Source: Selaginella moellendorffii
Lineage: Eukaryota > Plantae > Lycopodiophyta
DNA: 64,000 nt
Reading direction: 5' to 3'
NCBI RefSeq assembly: GCF_000143415.4
Contig: NW_003314412.1
Span: 83,553 to 147,552, forward strand
Shown piece by piece: positions 45,496-59,565 of this stretch. Made by a program: the position numbers and the translations under genes. Below the pieces are notes generated by a model. That model ran no database searches and was not told the origin of the DNA. It worked only from the letters and a program-made list of their open reading frames with translations. The first letter of the stretch is position 1. Each line of letters opens with the position of its first letter.

Positions 45496-46185
45496 ATGGG
45501 GAAGGTCCGGGGATGGCTCCACAAGCTGGGGCTTGGAAGCAGGAATGCGGCACAGGACGAGATGGCGCTGATGAAGATCGCGCAGGGGCCGGATTTGGAT
45601 GTGGCGGAGGCGGGCAACGAGATGGCCCAATTCGGCGCCGGATGCTTCTGGGGAGTGGAGCTGGCGTACCAGAGAGTTCCTGGCGTGACCAAGACGGAAG
45701 TGGGCTACTCGCGCGGCTACCTCCACAACCCTTCCTACAGGGACGTTTGCGATGGGGATACCGGCCATGTCGAGGTCGTCCGGGTCCAATTCGATCCAAA
45801 GTGCTGCTCATACGAGAATCTCCTCAGCGTTTTCTGGTCCAAGCACGATCCTACCACTCCAAATCGTCAGGTAAGCTCGCAAAAACAGATTTTTTTCTTC
45901 GCGATTCTAGCTGGAAGTTTTCGTGAAGAACAGGCTAACGATGTGGGAACCCAGTACCGCTCTGGAATTTACTACTACACTCCCGAGCAAGAGAGCGCGG
46001 CCATAGCATCGAAAGAGAGCCTCCAGAAGAGCTTGGACAGCCCGATCGTGACGGAGATCCTGGCCGCCAAGAAATTCTATCGAGCCGAGGCGTTCCACCA
46101 GCAGTACCTCGCCAAAGGTGGGCGATTCGGATTCAGGCAGTCCGCTGCAAAGGGTTGCACTGATCCAATCCGCTGCTATGGGTAG
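45496..46185 (+). CDS. MSRA: Peptide methionine sulfoxide reductase A
   Basis: [10 protein letters not shown] active site, [28 protein letters not shown]-like, and [11 protein letters not shown] plant C-terminus. 63-nt intron at 45871-45933. The true start or transit peptide is uncertain. Confidence 0.93.
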   Translation: MGKVRGWLHKLGLGSRNAAQDEMALMKIAQGPDLDVAEAGNEMAQFGAGCFWGVELAYQRVPGVTKTEVGYSRGYLHNPSYRDVCDGDTGHVEVVRVQFDPKCCSYENLLSVFWSKHDPTTPNRQVSSQKQIFFFAILAGSFREEQANDVGTQYRSGIYYYTPEQESAAIASKESLQKSLDSPIVTEILAAKKFYRAEAFHQQYLAKGGRFGFRQSAAKGCTDPIRCYG

Positions 46186-46989
46186 AACAACGCCATTTGG
46201 TTCTTCCTTTTCTTTCTTTCCTCTCATCCTTTTTTTTTCTCTACACTCATTCTCCTCGTACGAGTGAGAGTCCTTGGGAAGGATCAAAAACAAAAAATTT
46301 TCTCCTCCTCCTCCTAGGTACGTCCATTTCTTCCATAAACATTTCGAGAATTTTTATTGAGTTCCAGCGAGAAGAAGAAGAAGAAGCGGAGGTTCTTCCA
46401 ATCAACTGTACAGTTTGATCGAAAGAAAACAATCACCAGGCAATAAGTAAGAAGGTGGCGCTGCCACCACCAGCAAGTAAAAGAAGATCGCTGATCAAAA
46501 GGAATAAAAACGAGTAAAGTTACGCTCGTCGCCACGGTAGGAAGAACGACAAATGTTGTAAGCCTTCCCCATCCTCGAATTTTACCGTGCGTGTTTTTCG
46601 GTGGGCGATTCTCTCTCTCGGCCTTAAATTATAAGTTAGAGAAAAGAGAGAAGATTTTCGTTTTCTAGAAGGATTCGTGGGGAACCTAGAACCGCTGATC
46701 GCAGCGATTCTTTAAAAAGAATGAAACTTTCACTGTGCTGGTTAAAAAAAATCCTCACAACTCATTGTTCTAAACAAGAAAAAGCGTAGATTATTCTTAG
46801 GCTTTATCTAGACACTCGTGTTCTCGTCTATATATCTAGATTCTTTTCGTGACTTTGGAGTTCTAGCTCTTCTAGTGGAATGTTAGTCGTCGATCGACGC
46901 TACCCTGGAAGCCAACTTAGCTTTGTCCTCGTTGTTTTCGTCAAAGTACATGAATACGGACAGATGGTGATAGCTCCATTTCCTTTGCT

Positions 46990-47340
46990 TTTGTTGAGAT
47001 GAGATAATTGATCGTTGGGATTTGAAACCATTTCAAAGAAATCTTCCCTGAATTTCATCACTTGACTTGGGCAAATCAGGCAAAGTCGCCCAAGGTTGGG
47101 AAAAGTCCAGGGCAATCAAATCTCTCTTTTCCAGCCGAGGAGAAATCACATACTGCTCTCAGTCTGATCATCATGATCAGAGTCCAGTGATCTCCACAGC
47201 TGTTGAATTTCTAGAAGTACGTGACGACTCATGCAAAGACAGCTGCTGGGTTTCCAAATTCCGAGAAGAGAAAGGGATTCCCTCCAAGTTCCAGCACAAA
47301 CCAACAGGTTTGTACAAGATCAGGTTGCTGTGCAGCTGTG
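46990..47340 (-). repeat. Inverted homolog of 2420-2730 (decayed gene fragment)
   Basis: See the shared blocks listed for 2420-2730; stops occur in the likely reading frame. Confidence 0.8.
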
Positions 47341-48639
47341 AGGAAATTTTGAGTTCTGCTATGCCTGCTGATGCATGATTGGATTTTTCTGTGCTTTGGG
47401 TCAACATCGTGAAAGGCTGTCGAGCAAAACTGATGAACACGATATTCACACAGCTCTAAATTCGTCCCTACGAACAAGTATTTTCTCCTTGGATTAATGT
47501 GATATTTCAAAATGTATACAATAAAAGAATGTACTATCCTTTCTTATAGTAAGCCAAATATAATAATCATATTTACTATGCAAAACTGAAACACTAATGA
47601 CATGCTATGTTATTTAATGAAAGAATAATAATAACCTTCATCCAAGCTAATACCTAAGTTTGTTGCATATAAAATAATCAAATTCTAGATAGTGTGAAAT
47701 ATAAAAAAATAAAATTATGCTAAAAGGAGACATTTTATCATTTTTTTATTTTAATATTGAAAAATATATTATCAACTCAACTACTTATGTTCATTAATGA
47801 GACCATAATGGTGAAAGACTTATTTTTTAATATAATTATTGTTTCTAAATTAACTGTTATAGAGAAATAAGTGAAGAGTCATTTTCTAAATTGTGATATT
47901 GATATTTTAAAATAATTTATTGAAATTTTAATTTTAATAATACTATTTATTTTATTATTTAGAGAAGGAAATGTTTTTTTATTTTCTATTTTATTTGAAA
48001 ATACTAAAATAATAAAAAAATAAAAAATAGATTTATTTTGAACACTCTTTACTTTTATAAGGGTCTTGCATTTGCAATATTTTATCAATATAACCTCTTT
48101 TGGACTCTAATGCAATATGATAGAGGTCATTTGCTTAAACAAGGATTAAGCAAATATCAATGGCGCTCAGGGATACCAACCAAAAACATTATTAGTTTAA
48201 CCCTCAACTAATTCAGAAATCTAATCTAGGTATAGCTTTATGCTTAATAGGCCATGAGTTCAAATTCAATAAATCGAATGAGTAGAGATTTGGGCTTTGA
48301 TTTTTGCTATGGCTAGTAATAGTAAATATACTTTATAATAACTAAGAGAGATAGCAAAGACATAACATTTTTTTATGCTTCTCCAATTTAAATTTTTCAT
48401 ATTTCTTTATTTAAGTTCTAAGATGCTTGTTATTATAATTCTAATCCTTTCTTTGCAATTATTATTTATATAACATCAACTTAATATATTAAAATTAAAT
48501 GTACATTTTTGTAGTGCACCCTATCTTTCTCCCCTTAAATCAATTGAAAAAAGGGCAATTGCCTAAGAGAGTCTTTAGTGATTATTTTATCCCTATTTTA
48601 TCTCCCAATGTTCCAAGATTCATATTGATAGTATATTGA

Positions 48640-48870
48640 AATCTCATCCCATGATCACATACACTACAATTTTCCACAAGTATGCTAACTTTGATGATGT
48701 TTTTAATAATAGAAGAGTTAATAATTTACCATCACATCGACTTTATGATTGTCCCATTCATCTTGTGGAGGGGAAATTACCACTATTTGGTCTTATCTAC
48801 AATCTTTCACTAGCATAATTGAAAGCATTACATAAACATATCAAAAAGAATATTTCTAAAGGTTTTGTTT
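48640..48870 (+). mobile_element. Relic of a Ty3/Gypsy pol (pre-RT region, Tf2/Tcn1-like)
   Basis: KYANFDDVF...LPSHRLYDCPIHLVEGKLPLFGLIYNLSLA*LKALHKHIKKNISKGFV matches the LPPHRxYDCxI...GxIYxLS...ENLxKGFI pattern. Confidence 0.75.
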
Positions 48871-51800
48871 ATGTGGTTTTCCTCCTTTATCTTATAATGA
48901 TTTACCATAGGATACATAGTAAAACCTAAACCCTCTATATGCCATGTGCCACATACCATATGCCACATGCCACATATCCAAGGACAGTAGAGTGGAACTT
49001 GAGTTTCAAAGCATTAGGCCATTGAATGAAGGAATGGAATTAAACTCCTAAGCATGGAGCTAATGAGTAAAGGAACCGGAGTATGAAGTAATTCCCAAGT
49101 GTATAACCCAAAGAGCAAAGGGATAAGAGCACAAAGAGACTTAGAATAGTTCTAAAGCATCCAACTTTCTAATGTCAGGAGTTTTTGCATTATGTTCATC
49201 AGGTTATGTATAAATGCTAAGCCCAACATTTAAACAAAAGGGGCTGAAAGGGAATTAGTAATACTAACCTCTTACTATCGCAGTAGTAAGGAAAGAATAT
49301 CCAAAAGGATTAACTAATAAATAATTTTCAATACCTGTAATCACATTTGCAATACTTTTCCCCCCTTTAAAGAAGATTGACATCCTCATCAATGCATACT
49401 TTAATATAGACCACCGCGAAAGAAACAACTTTAAACAAAATTCATGGTATTCACACTTTGTATTAAATGCATCAATTTAATGAGTTATGAGGCAACCTTT
49501 CACTCTAACGCAAATGCGCTATAACTCAGACATCTTTTGGCCATCATTGACAAGAAAATAACCAATGGAGTCAGCCACACTTGCTACTCTAGATGTCACA
49601 TAATTTACAAAAAATGACATGTCCCTACCTGTAGATGATATAGAGAAAGAAGCCAAAGGCCCTAACCCTCATGAGCAAAAAAACCAAATCCGTCGGTAAA
49701 GTTTTGATAGACTACTATTTAAAGGTAGTTAGAGTTTTTTACATAGTCATACCTTTTTAATGAAATAAGGAATATCAAGTGAGGGGTGGATGATATGACA
49801 AGTTGACAGTAGCTACTCTATGACTAAAAATTTCATTATACACATGAAGTACTGAAGCCAATCTACCTATACTAGCCCAAATGGAAATATCAAGATATGG
49901 ATAGACAATGATATCTTAGAGATTTAATTATCAGTGAATAAATTTTAAATTAGAACACAAAAGTATTTTAAATAAATTATTATTTAATAAACCAGTATTA
50001 GAGTACAAAAAACCATCAAGATAATAATAATTAGAAAATATAGGATTCACCATCCAACAAAATTTAATAGCCAATGTATCATCAAGAAAACTTAATGATA
50101 AAACTTAACTATGAAAGACGACTAATAGCATGCTAAACAATTTACATAAGATAACATAAAGAACACAAAGTATCATTGACTAGTAAGTAAAATATTTACA
50201 AATGTATCACCTAAAAGAAATAACATCCAATCTATCAAAACTAACTATAGCAATAATCAACGTAACAAAATAAGTGTTGCAAAAACCAACAAATATAATA
50301 TTCATGTCAATTATCACACTAGCTAATTTGAATAGATCCCAATCAAAATACAAAGGAACTCAAGTTGCTTAAGTGTTAACAATATCCTACCAATATCTCA
50401 AATTTAAAAAGACCAATCCAAAGAAAACCATAAAAAATATTTGGTAATGCAAAAACCATAAGCTATCAAAGAGAATAACTAACTATCATAAAAGATCATC
50501 AATTATTTCATCAATAGAGAGATACAAAATTATCAAGAAAAATATTCACCATCCCAAAGGACGGCAAGTCATTCATCACCAACAACAACCAAATAAAACT
50601 TTTAATAAGAATAATTAAATATCTGAAGATGATAGTCATTCATTGTCAATGATTGCTAGATGTAGAAGCTAACTTCAACATTAAAGCTAATGAGCTAAAT
50701 TGCCTTTCTTAACAACTTTTAACAAATGGAACAATAAACATGAAAATTCAAGGAATAAAAAATTCAAAGAAGCCTATAACTAAGTCTGGCTTAACAATGA
50801 TCATGAGTCTTTCAATTATGGTACAACCCACAATATTCTCCTCAGCACATCTAGAAGCCAAACTTTATAATGCAAAAGTTAATGAAGAGTATGTCTGCAT
50901 CAATTCAAAAACCAAGCACAACAAAGTTATGTTTAACAAGTGATCACTAAATAATCTTTTATGAATCCATCTTCTATAATAAAACATAATTCATTTTATA
51001 GCAAGCATAAGAAAAATCATCAATGATTGATATATCCCCAACTCAAATCCAATAAAGAACTAATATCTTCAATATCAATCATTAACTCTTCCTCTTATAA
51101 AACTAGTATAGTCATAGTTAAATCACGTTTCAAGGAAAAACCAAAACTCAACCCCTATTAGGTAATTTTGTCTAGAACATAACTAACTCAACTTACCACT
51201 CAGCTCATTTGAACGCAAAACATAGTTGCTAATTAGTAAATGCATGAATGCCAATAACATAAAAATATAACCAAATTATCAAACACTATTTGTATTGAAA
51301 CTAATAAAATTCAATATCAATCCTATAGAGAGGCATTTCATCTCACTTGAATTTTAATATCAACAATATTAATAACAGAGCACCACTTGAATGTCATCAA
51401 CACTAGAACAAAGTTATAAGAAAATAAAAGTAAATTACCATTTAAACCTTTTTAACAACCAAGGTAACCAAAGTCAAAGATACCTTACTCAGTATCTAAG
51501 ATTAAACCTTCGTTACAGATAACACATCAAGCAGTGATTCACCATGTCCAAGACTCAATGTAATCGAACACCACAAACTAAACACCACAAAATGATATCA
51601 ACAAAGGTAGAGTCAATACACTAACATGGAAAAATCTAGTTGATGAAAATTTATTAGTGGTGGGCTTATTTACCAGATGGTGTGTAAAGTAAGTGTTAAA
51701 AATCCTTAATAAAGTCTACAGGTACTAGTCGCAAAGCAACCAACAATCACTTTTCAACTTGCTTTCCACAAAACTCAAACATTAAACTTATGCCATTGAG

Positions 51801-53200
51801 TCATATACTTGTCCAACATGAACATAATACCCTAAGTACGAGATATAGGAATATGGACAAATGCAAACCAAATGACCACTCAAATTCAATCATACAACAA
51901 TAAATTTGCTGATACGTTATAGCCAATAGCTTTAAACATGTTTTGAAAAGGCTAGCTATGCATAATTAACACTTAGCTGAAACTAAAGTAAAGACCATAA
52001 GATGGACTCATATAGTACATAACCTCTTAATAGGCAAAAATATAGTATGGGTATTAATACCTCAACCGCATACAATTAAGTTGGATATGACCAACTTAGC
52101 TTAGGTGCAAGGTCACCAAGACTAAATCAAGATTAATGAAAGCTCACTACTCTCATAAAGTCTAATGAAATGCAAAATTCAACCTACCACCAAGCATAAT
52201 GCTGCATAAGAAAGACATAAGGGTTACTTTTTTAGAAAGCACAACAACCACTTTTTTATACCAACTTAAGACTCTAAACTTAAACCTAGGCAATTGAGTT
52301 GGAAACCAAAGTCAACTTTAACCCTTTCACTAGTTTATATTGGCTTATAAAAATAGAATGGTTTCTAAGTAAAATAATCAACAAATCAACCATTGGAAAA
52401 GCCTAAGAAAATTTGTGGAAAATTTCCATCCTAGAAAAAGAACAACTCTTTATCTAAGAATACAAACTTTTAAGATTTTTTCCTACCTACAACTTCTCAC
52501 AAGTTCACTTCAACATAGGTTCTTATGACCCAACAACTTTTTAAGCATCTAACATCATACCCATATATTGTACATCTAACACCATTATCCATAAATGTTA
52601 ATGAATACCCAAAACTTGATCACAAAGATTATATCTTCAAGTATTCATATTACACTAACACTCTTCTTTAATCATCTTCAAGATCCAATGTGATGCCAAA
52701 ACACAAACAAGAAAAATAACATGGAAAATCAAGCTCTAAGGAAAAACTTTTTATCACTCGAAACAACAATGTCACTTCCACTAACACAAGTGCTAACAAT
52801 ATCAATGCCTTAACTTCACACTTTCTCTATTTAATAATCTACTCTAAGTGCTAAAGGATAATTAACAAGCTATAGCAAGTGAATGCTATAATCCTTTCCA
52901 ACAGTTTTTGCCTAGCGAGGAGCTATGTTGCCAGATTAAATGAAGGAGACTGTGACCACACCACCCCTCCAGAGAAATTGGATAAACAGCCCAATGCAAT
53001 AAATATAAAAAAGAAGAGCAAATCTAAGAATAACAATAGCTAGAACTTTAAATGTTACATATCTAATGGGTAAATTCTCAAAGACCAAGGTACTAATTTA
53101 GGTTTAGCATAATGGATCACCATTGAGAACTAAGTCAAAGCTACTTAAATGTTATTACTTGCAAGTAGATTCACTGATAAAAATGTTCTAAAGGACACTT
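48870..53200 (-). mobile_element. Old, degenerate copy of the non-coding LTR family (internally deleted 3' LTR ~48870-49354, PPT, internal region)
   Basis: The LTR remnant matches 59968-61077. PPT complement TTTCCCCCCTTT at ~49357-49369. 49370-52260 is colinear with 61090-64000; 52860-53180 is the reverse complement of 55330-55500. The ends are approximate. Confidence 0.75.
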
Positions 53201-53516
53201 CTTGTTCTAACAATTTAAATATTGACTACATACCATAATAGGGATGTTTGTTAGAACATAAAATAAGATGTTTGCAAAAAAAGTATTCTTGTCACTTCCT
53301 TAAATCTATACTCTGTGCTTTCTAGCTAGTAAATATCAGGTTTTTCAGAATTAAAAAATTATTAAATTCAAAATAAGATTTTATATAAAGCCATATAACT
53401 ATTTGAAAGGAAAAAAATATAACCATTGAATTTATGGAATTTCATTCACACTCTCATTCAAAAAGAGGGAAATACATATAAATGTTTGTGGGTTCTAGTG
53501 TTAGTAATTTTAACCC

Positions 53517-56500
53517 TGTCACGAATGTGACTTTAGGTATCGAAAGTTACCTGTCGGCCAGTCCTTACGGACACTCCTTCCTTACTGCCACGATGGCAGG
53601 AGGTCGGTATTGCTAGTTCCCTTTATCAACCCCTCTTGTTCAAGTGTTAGTTTACTGGGCTTAGCATCTGTACTTAGCCAGATAGACATAAGGTAGGAAC
53701 TCCTATGTGTTTCTAGCTAAGCAAACTCAGCCTGGCTCTTAGTTCTTTTTTGCTCTATCTTGCACTTGCTAGTATCAAGAACCCCTGTGATATATTTGGG
53801 ACCAAAATGAGACTAACACAAAAGGCATGATAGTGAGGGTGTTTGGCAGACACAATAAGTTATCATCTAGCAAATATTGAAGGACCAATCTCAATTTTAT
53901 GGAAAGTGTCTAGATTTGCTCATTTGGCATATCTACGGAATGTAGCGATTGGCCTGAACATAATGGTGTTTGTCCCGTATCCAAATTTGCATTCTAGCGC
54001 CATTCCATATTTAGTAAGTTTTGAGCTTGTCCCAGAGAGTAACTCCTGATACTAAGGGAGGCTTGGGGTGAAAGCCCAAAGCATGTGTTCGTCAGGGGGG
54101 GGGGGGCTTATGGGGTTCCAAATGTATAGTAGGGATAGAGGGTAGGTCGGGCATGGCCGACCAACTTGTGGCATAGTTTAGCTTTTGCTTGCATGCCTGT
54201 CCTTGTTCTGCATCCGGCTTGGGTCTAAGCCCAAGTTCCATTCCATGCTAGCTAGTGGAGTACTCATATCCTCACGTTAGGCCACCGGTATGCTGAAATA
54301 GTGTCAGACTTCATTTGGCTCCATTTTGCATGCTGGTCCTAGCATTGGGATGCTGGTTGCTCCAAGACTGTTCCAAGTCACTCCGGGCTCCTGTCCCTTT
54401 ACTCCTTGGGCTGTATGCTCAGGAGTTGCTCCGTGGTCCGGTTCCATCACTCCTTAGCTTTATGCTTGGGAGTTTGGCACCGTTCCTTTGTTCAGTGGCC
54501 CAAGGCCCTGAACTCGAGTTCCACACCACGTTCCTTTGGACACGTGGCATATAACATATGGCATTTGTCACATGGCACAAAGAGGGTTTAGGTTCCGCTT
54601 TGTGGTGTTATCCTATGGTAAATCACCATAGGATAAAGGGTCAAAACCACGTGCGCTATATTTGGTATTAGAGGATGAGTCTCGGCGAGTACTATCCAAT
54701 GAGATTGGGCAACTAGTCTCGTTGCATATGCAGAGATGAAAACGATGATCCGAGATATTATCGTTTGACAGATTGGGCATCTGTCATGAGAATGATGCTT
54801 GGTTCGATAAGTTGTTCCAGTAGTTCCGTAAGTTGTTCCATGTACCATGGGTGAAAGTAAACTTTCCCTAGGTTTGCTATGAGTGGCAAACAAGCTGGTC
54901 CGTAGCTATTTAGTACTACACTAGTGGATCCTTCCTAGGCATGATTATAAGTGAATCAATCAAGACTGTAGGGATTAGTCTATTGATTCAAGTAATCATT
55001 GCCATGCTCTCTCATAAACTTTTCTTGGATTGGACTGAAAGCAGTGCGAAAGCAAGCTTGAAGTTTAGTCAAAGATGAGACCGAAAAGAGAGTTGTCAAG
55101 GACGAAGGATCAAACACATAAATCATCTTCCCTTCTTGGGAGATAATTTACATTAAGGTGTTAACTCAGTGCTCGTGTTCATAATATGCAATCAAGAGTC
55201 CCTACCGTGATGCATCTTGGAGATGATGGTCTTACAAATGGTGAATTGTGGGATGGATAGCAGTGAAGTACTAAACTATTTTGTCTAGACTTGCTATTGG
55301 TTAAATGATGATTGACCCCAAAGTGGTTGATAATAATGCTAGTCTACTTGCACAAAGTAACATTGTAGTAGCTTTGATTGGATTCTCGATGGTGGTCCAT
55401 TATGCTAAGCTTGAGTTGGTATGTTGTTTCCTTGAGGGTTTGCCCATAAGGTGTTGGAAAAAGGGTTGTAGCATTCATTTGCTATAGCTCATCAGTTGAT
55501 CCGTTAGCACTTGATCCTTGTCATAGGTTTTGCTTGATTATTGTTGATCTAGAATGATTTGCTATTCTTCGGGATGGTGGATTCCTTCTTAGACAATGAT
55601 TTTGCATATCTCTTTTTGATAGAATGATTGATGATTTTTCATGATGGTTAGTTGTTCTCTTTGATGGCTTATGGCTTTTCGCAATACCACATGTTCTTTG
55701 TGGTTTGCTCTGGATTGGTCTCTTAGGTTTAAGACATCAATAGGATATTGCTGATACTTGCTTGAGCAACTCTAATTCCTTGGCATTATTGACTGGGAGC
55801 TATTCAGATTGGCTAATGTGATAGTTGGCATGAATGAGTGTTTGTAGGTCTTACCACATTCATTCTGTTCTGTTGATTCTTGCTTAAGTTAGTTCTGGTA
55901 GATTAGGATATTATCTCCTTTGAGTGATACATTTGCGAGCATTTTGCTTGCCAATCAATGATACTTTGTGTTCTTTGAGTTTTCTTTCGTAAGTTGTTTA
56001 GCATATTATCTGCAATCTTTGATAGTTAAGTTTTATCATTGAGTTTTTCTTGATGCTAGTTTGGCTATTGAATTTTGTTCGATGGTGAATCTTATGTTTT
56101 CCAATGATGGTGATCTTGGTGGTTCCAATACTATAATACTAGTTTAGTGACTTGGTTTAGGATCATTTAGTGATCACTTGTTGGGCATAACTCCATTGTG
56201 CTTAGCTTTTGGATTGATATAAAAATGCTCTTCATTAGCTTTTGCATTATGAAGTTTAGCTTATGGATGTGTTGAGGAAGATGTTGTGGGTTATACCATG
56301 ATTTCTTTTTTAGCATTGAAGTTAGTTCATGCAAAACTTGTGATCGTTGTTAGGCAAGACTTAGCTATAGGCTTCTTCAAACTTTTGGTTCTTTGAGTTT
56401 ATTATGCTCATTATTCTATTTGTTAGAAGTTGTTGAGGGAAGGTATTTTTGCTCATTAGCTTCGATGTTGAAGTTAATATTTGCATCTAACAATTATTAG

Positions 56501-58973
56501 TGATTAACTATGATTAACTATCATCTAGGATAGTTGATTATTCTTGTCAAAGGTTTTGCTTGATTATTGTTAATATAGATTGAGTTGCCGTTCTTCAAGA
56601 TGGTAAGTTCTTTCTTCAACGATGATTATGCATCTCTTTATTGATGGGATGATTGATGATCTTTCATAGTGGTTAGTTGTTCTCTTTGATGGCTTATGGC
56701 TTTTTGCAATATCACATGTTCTTTGTGGTTTGTTTTGGATTGGTCTCTTAGGTTTGAGACATCGGTGGGATGTTGCTGACACTTGATTAAACAACTCTAG
56801 TTCCTTAGTATTGTTGACTGGGATCTATTAAAATTGGCTAGTGCAATGGTTGATATGAACAAGCGTTTATTTACTTTGCAATATTCATTTTGTTCTATTG
56901 ATTATTGCTTGAGTTAGTTCTCATAGATTATGATGTTATTTCCTTCGGGTGATATATTTGTGAGCATTGTGCTTGTTAGTCAATGATGCTTTGTGTTTTA
57001 TGAGTTGTGTTTTGTGAGTTGTTTGGCATGCTATCTACCATTTTCGGTAGTTAAGTTTTATCATCGAGATTTCTTGATGATAAGTTTGGCTATCAAATTT
57101 TGTTGGATATGTGCCACCAACTCAGACACCTTCCAACTGTCGCCAACAAGGAATTGACCAATGGAATCAGCCACTCTTGCTGCTCTAGGTGTCACCCAAC
57201 TTACAAAAGTGTGATATGCCCCTGCCCACAGGAACATAGAGAGAAAAGCTAAAGGCCTCAACCCTTCTGAGCAAAGAAACCAAACCTGTCGGTAAGGTTT
57301 AGATAGACTACTGTAAACAGGTAGTTAGAGTTGTTTACACGGTCATGCCCTTTTAACGGAATAAAGAATATCGACAGAGAGGTAGGTTATGTGACCAGTC
57401 GACAATAGTTACCCCATGATTAGAGATTTCAACATGCACACGAAGTCTCGATGCCAGTCTGCCTATACTAGCCCAAACTCAAAGATCAATATATGGACCA
57501 TATCAAAATCATAGACAATGATATTTTAGAGATTGAATTATTAGTAAATAAATCTTAGATTAGAATAGAAATGTATTCCAAGTAAGTTATCATTCGATAA
57601 ACTAGTATTAGAGTATAAGAACCACCAAGATCAACATGATTGAAAGACATAGGATTCGCTCCGCGTTAGACAAAGAGGTTACCCCCTAACTCATTTAAAT
57701 TGGTGTATTTCTCACATAGTGTAAGTACCATGAACTTTTTTGGAGTTGTTTCTTTGGCGGTATTCTAGACTCGAGTATGCATCGACAAGAACGTTGATCT
57801 TTCCTAGGGGGGGAGAGTGTCGCGAATGTGACTTTAGGTATCGAAAGTTACCTGTTGGCCAATCCTTACAGACACTCCTTCCTTACTACCATGATGGTAA
57901 GAGGTCGGTATTGCTAGTTCCCTTTATCAACCCCTCTTGTTCAAGTGTTAGTTTACTGGGCTTAGCATCTGTACTTAGCCAGATGGACATAAGGTAGGAA
58001 CTCCTATGTGTTTCTAGCTGAGCAAACTCGGCTTGGCTCTTAGTTCTCTTTTGCTCTGTCTTGCACTTGCTAGTATCAAGAACCCCTGCGATATTGAGAT
58101 TGGTCCTTCAATATTTGCTAGATGATAACTTACTGTGTCTGCCAAACACCCTCGCTATCATGCCCTTTGTGTTAGTCTCATTTCGGTCCCAAATGCTATT
58201 TATGGAAAGTGTCTAGATTTGCTCATTTGGCATATCTACGGAATGTAGAGATTGGCCTGAACATAATGGTGTTCGTCCCGTGTCCAAATTCGCATTCAAG
58301 CGCCATTTCATATTTAGTAAGTTTTGAGCTTGTCTTAGAGACTAACTCCTGATACTAAGGGAGGCTTGGGGTGAAAGCCCAAAGCGTGTGTTCCTCAAAG
58401 GGGGGGGGGGGGGGGTAGGCTTATGGGGTTCCAAATGTATAGTAGGGATAGGGGGCAGGTCGGGCATGGCCGACCAACCTGTGGCATAGTTTAGCACTTG
58501 CTTGTGTGCCTGTCCTTGTTTTGCGTCCGGTTTGGTCTAAGCCCAAGTTTCATTCCATGCTAGCTAGTGGAGTACCCATATCCTCACGTTAGGCCACCGG
58601 TATGCTGAAATAGCACTAGACTCCATTTGGCTTTGTTTTGCATGCTGGTCCTGACATTGGGATGCTGGTCGCTCTAGGACTATTCCAAGTCGCTCCATGC
58701 TCCTGTCCCTTCACTCCTTGGGCTGTATGCTCGGGAGTTGCTCCGTGGTCCGGTTCCATCACTCCTTGGCTCCATGCTTGGGGGTTTGGCACCGTTCCTT
58801 CATTCAGTGGCCCAAGGTCTTGAAACTTGGGTTCCACACCATTGTCCTTTGGACATGTGGCATGTGACATGTGGCATCTGTCACGTGGCACAAAGAGGGT
58901 TTAGGTTTCACTTCGTGGTGTTATCCTATGGTAAATCACCATAGGATAAAGGGTAAAAACCACGTGCGCTACA
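53517..58973 (+). mobile_element. Non-autonomous LTR retroelement (LARD-like) with two ~1.15-kb LTRs
   Basis: LTRs at 53517-54660 (TG...TA) and 57818-58973 (TG...CA). iMet-type PBS TGGTATTAGAG at 54663-54673, PPT AGGGGGGGAGAG at 57806-57817. No recognisable gag/pol in the 3.1-kb interior. The flanks AACCC and AAGTC are not a clean TSD. Confidence 0.85.
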
Positions 58974-59565
58974 AAGTCTCACAATCTTTCTTTCCACAGT
59001 TCAAGGGCTAGGAGATGTAATAATTATCCCATTGTACAACATAACCAAACCACACAAGAAAATGAAAAAGATGATAGTGAGGATACTGATCATGAGTTAG
59101 AGATAAATGTAATGACAGAGGGCACAACAAATTGGGTAAAAAAATGCCCTCTTACTTGTTTTAGAAAACTGCAATTCTGTAACTTTCAAAAAATGCCCTA
59201 TATGTTTTCTAGCATCTTGTGAAAATAATGACGATGATCAATATGATGGTATATATTCTCTCGCGACACACTGTAACATCACATACCTAAAAGACTATTA
59301 TAAAATCTTTTTTGAGATTGTAAAGACAGAAATGGAGACACATAAGTACTATAGACAGTATTGCAAAAAGAACACTCGCAAGTATATAAAATGAAAAGTG
59401 AAATGAAAAAACATTTTTTTATTAATTATATAAAGTATAATAAGCTTATATTATTAATAGAGAATAAACATCGATAGTGTTAAAGAAATCTAATTAGCTC
59501 CAAAAGTTCTACAACTTAGCAATAGTAAAGCTTGCTTGGTGTATATGAATATCCACTTTAGAATC

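Noticed and set aside
54315-54591. Short ORFs recurring in each LTR (also 58616-58944 and 60118-60352)
   Set aside because: Frames and stops differ between copies and there are no protein motifs; they recur because the LTR is repeated.
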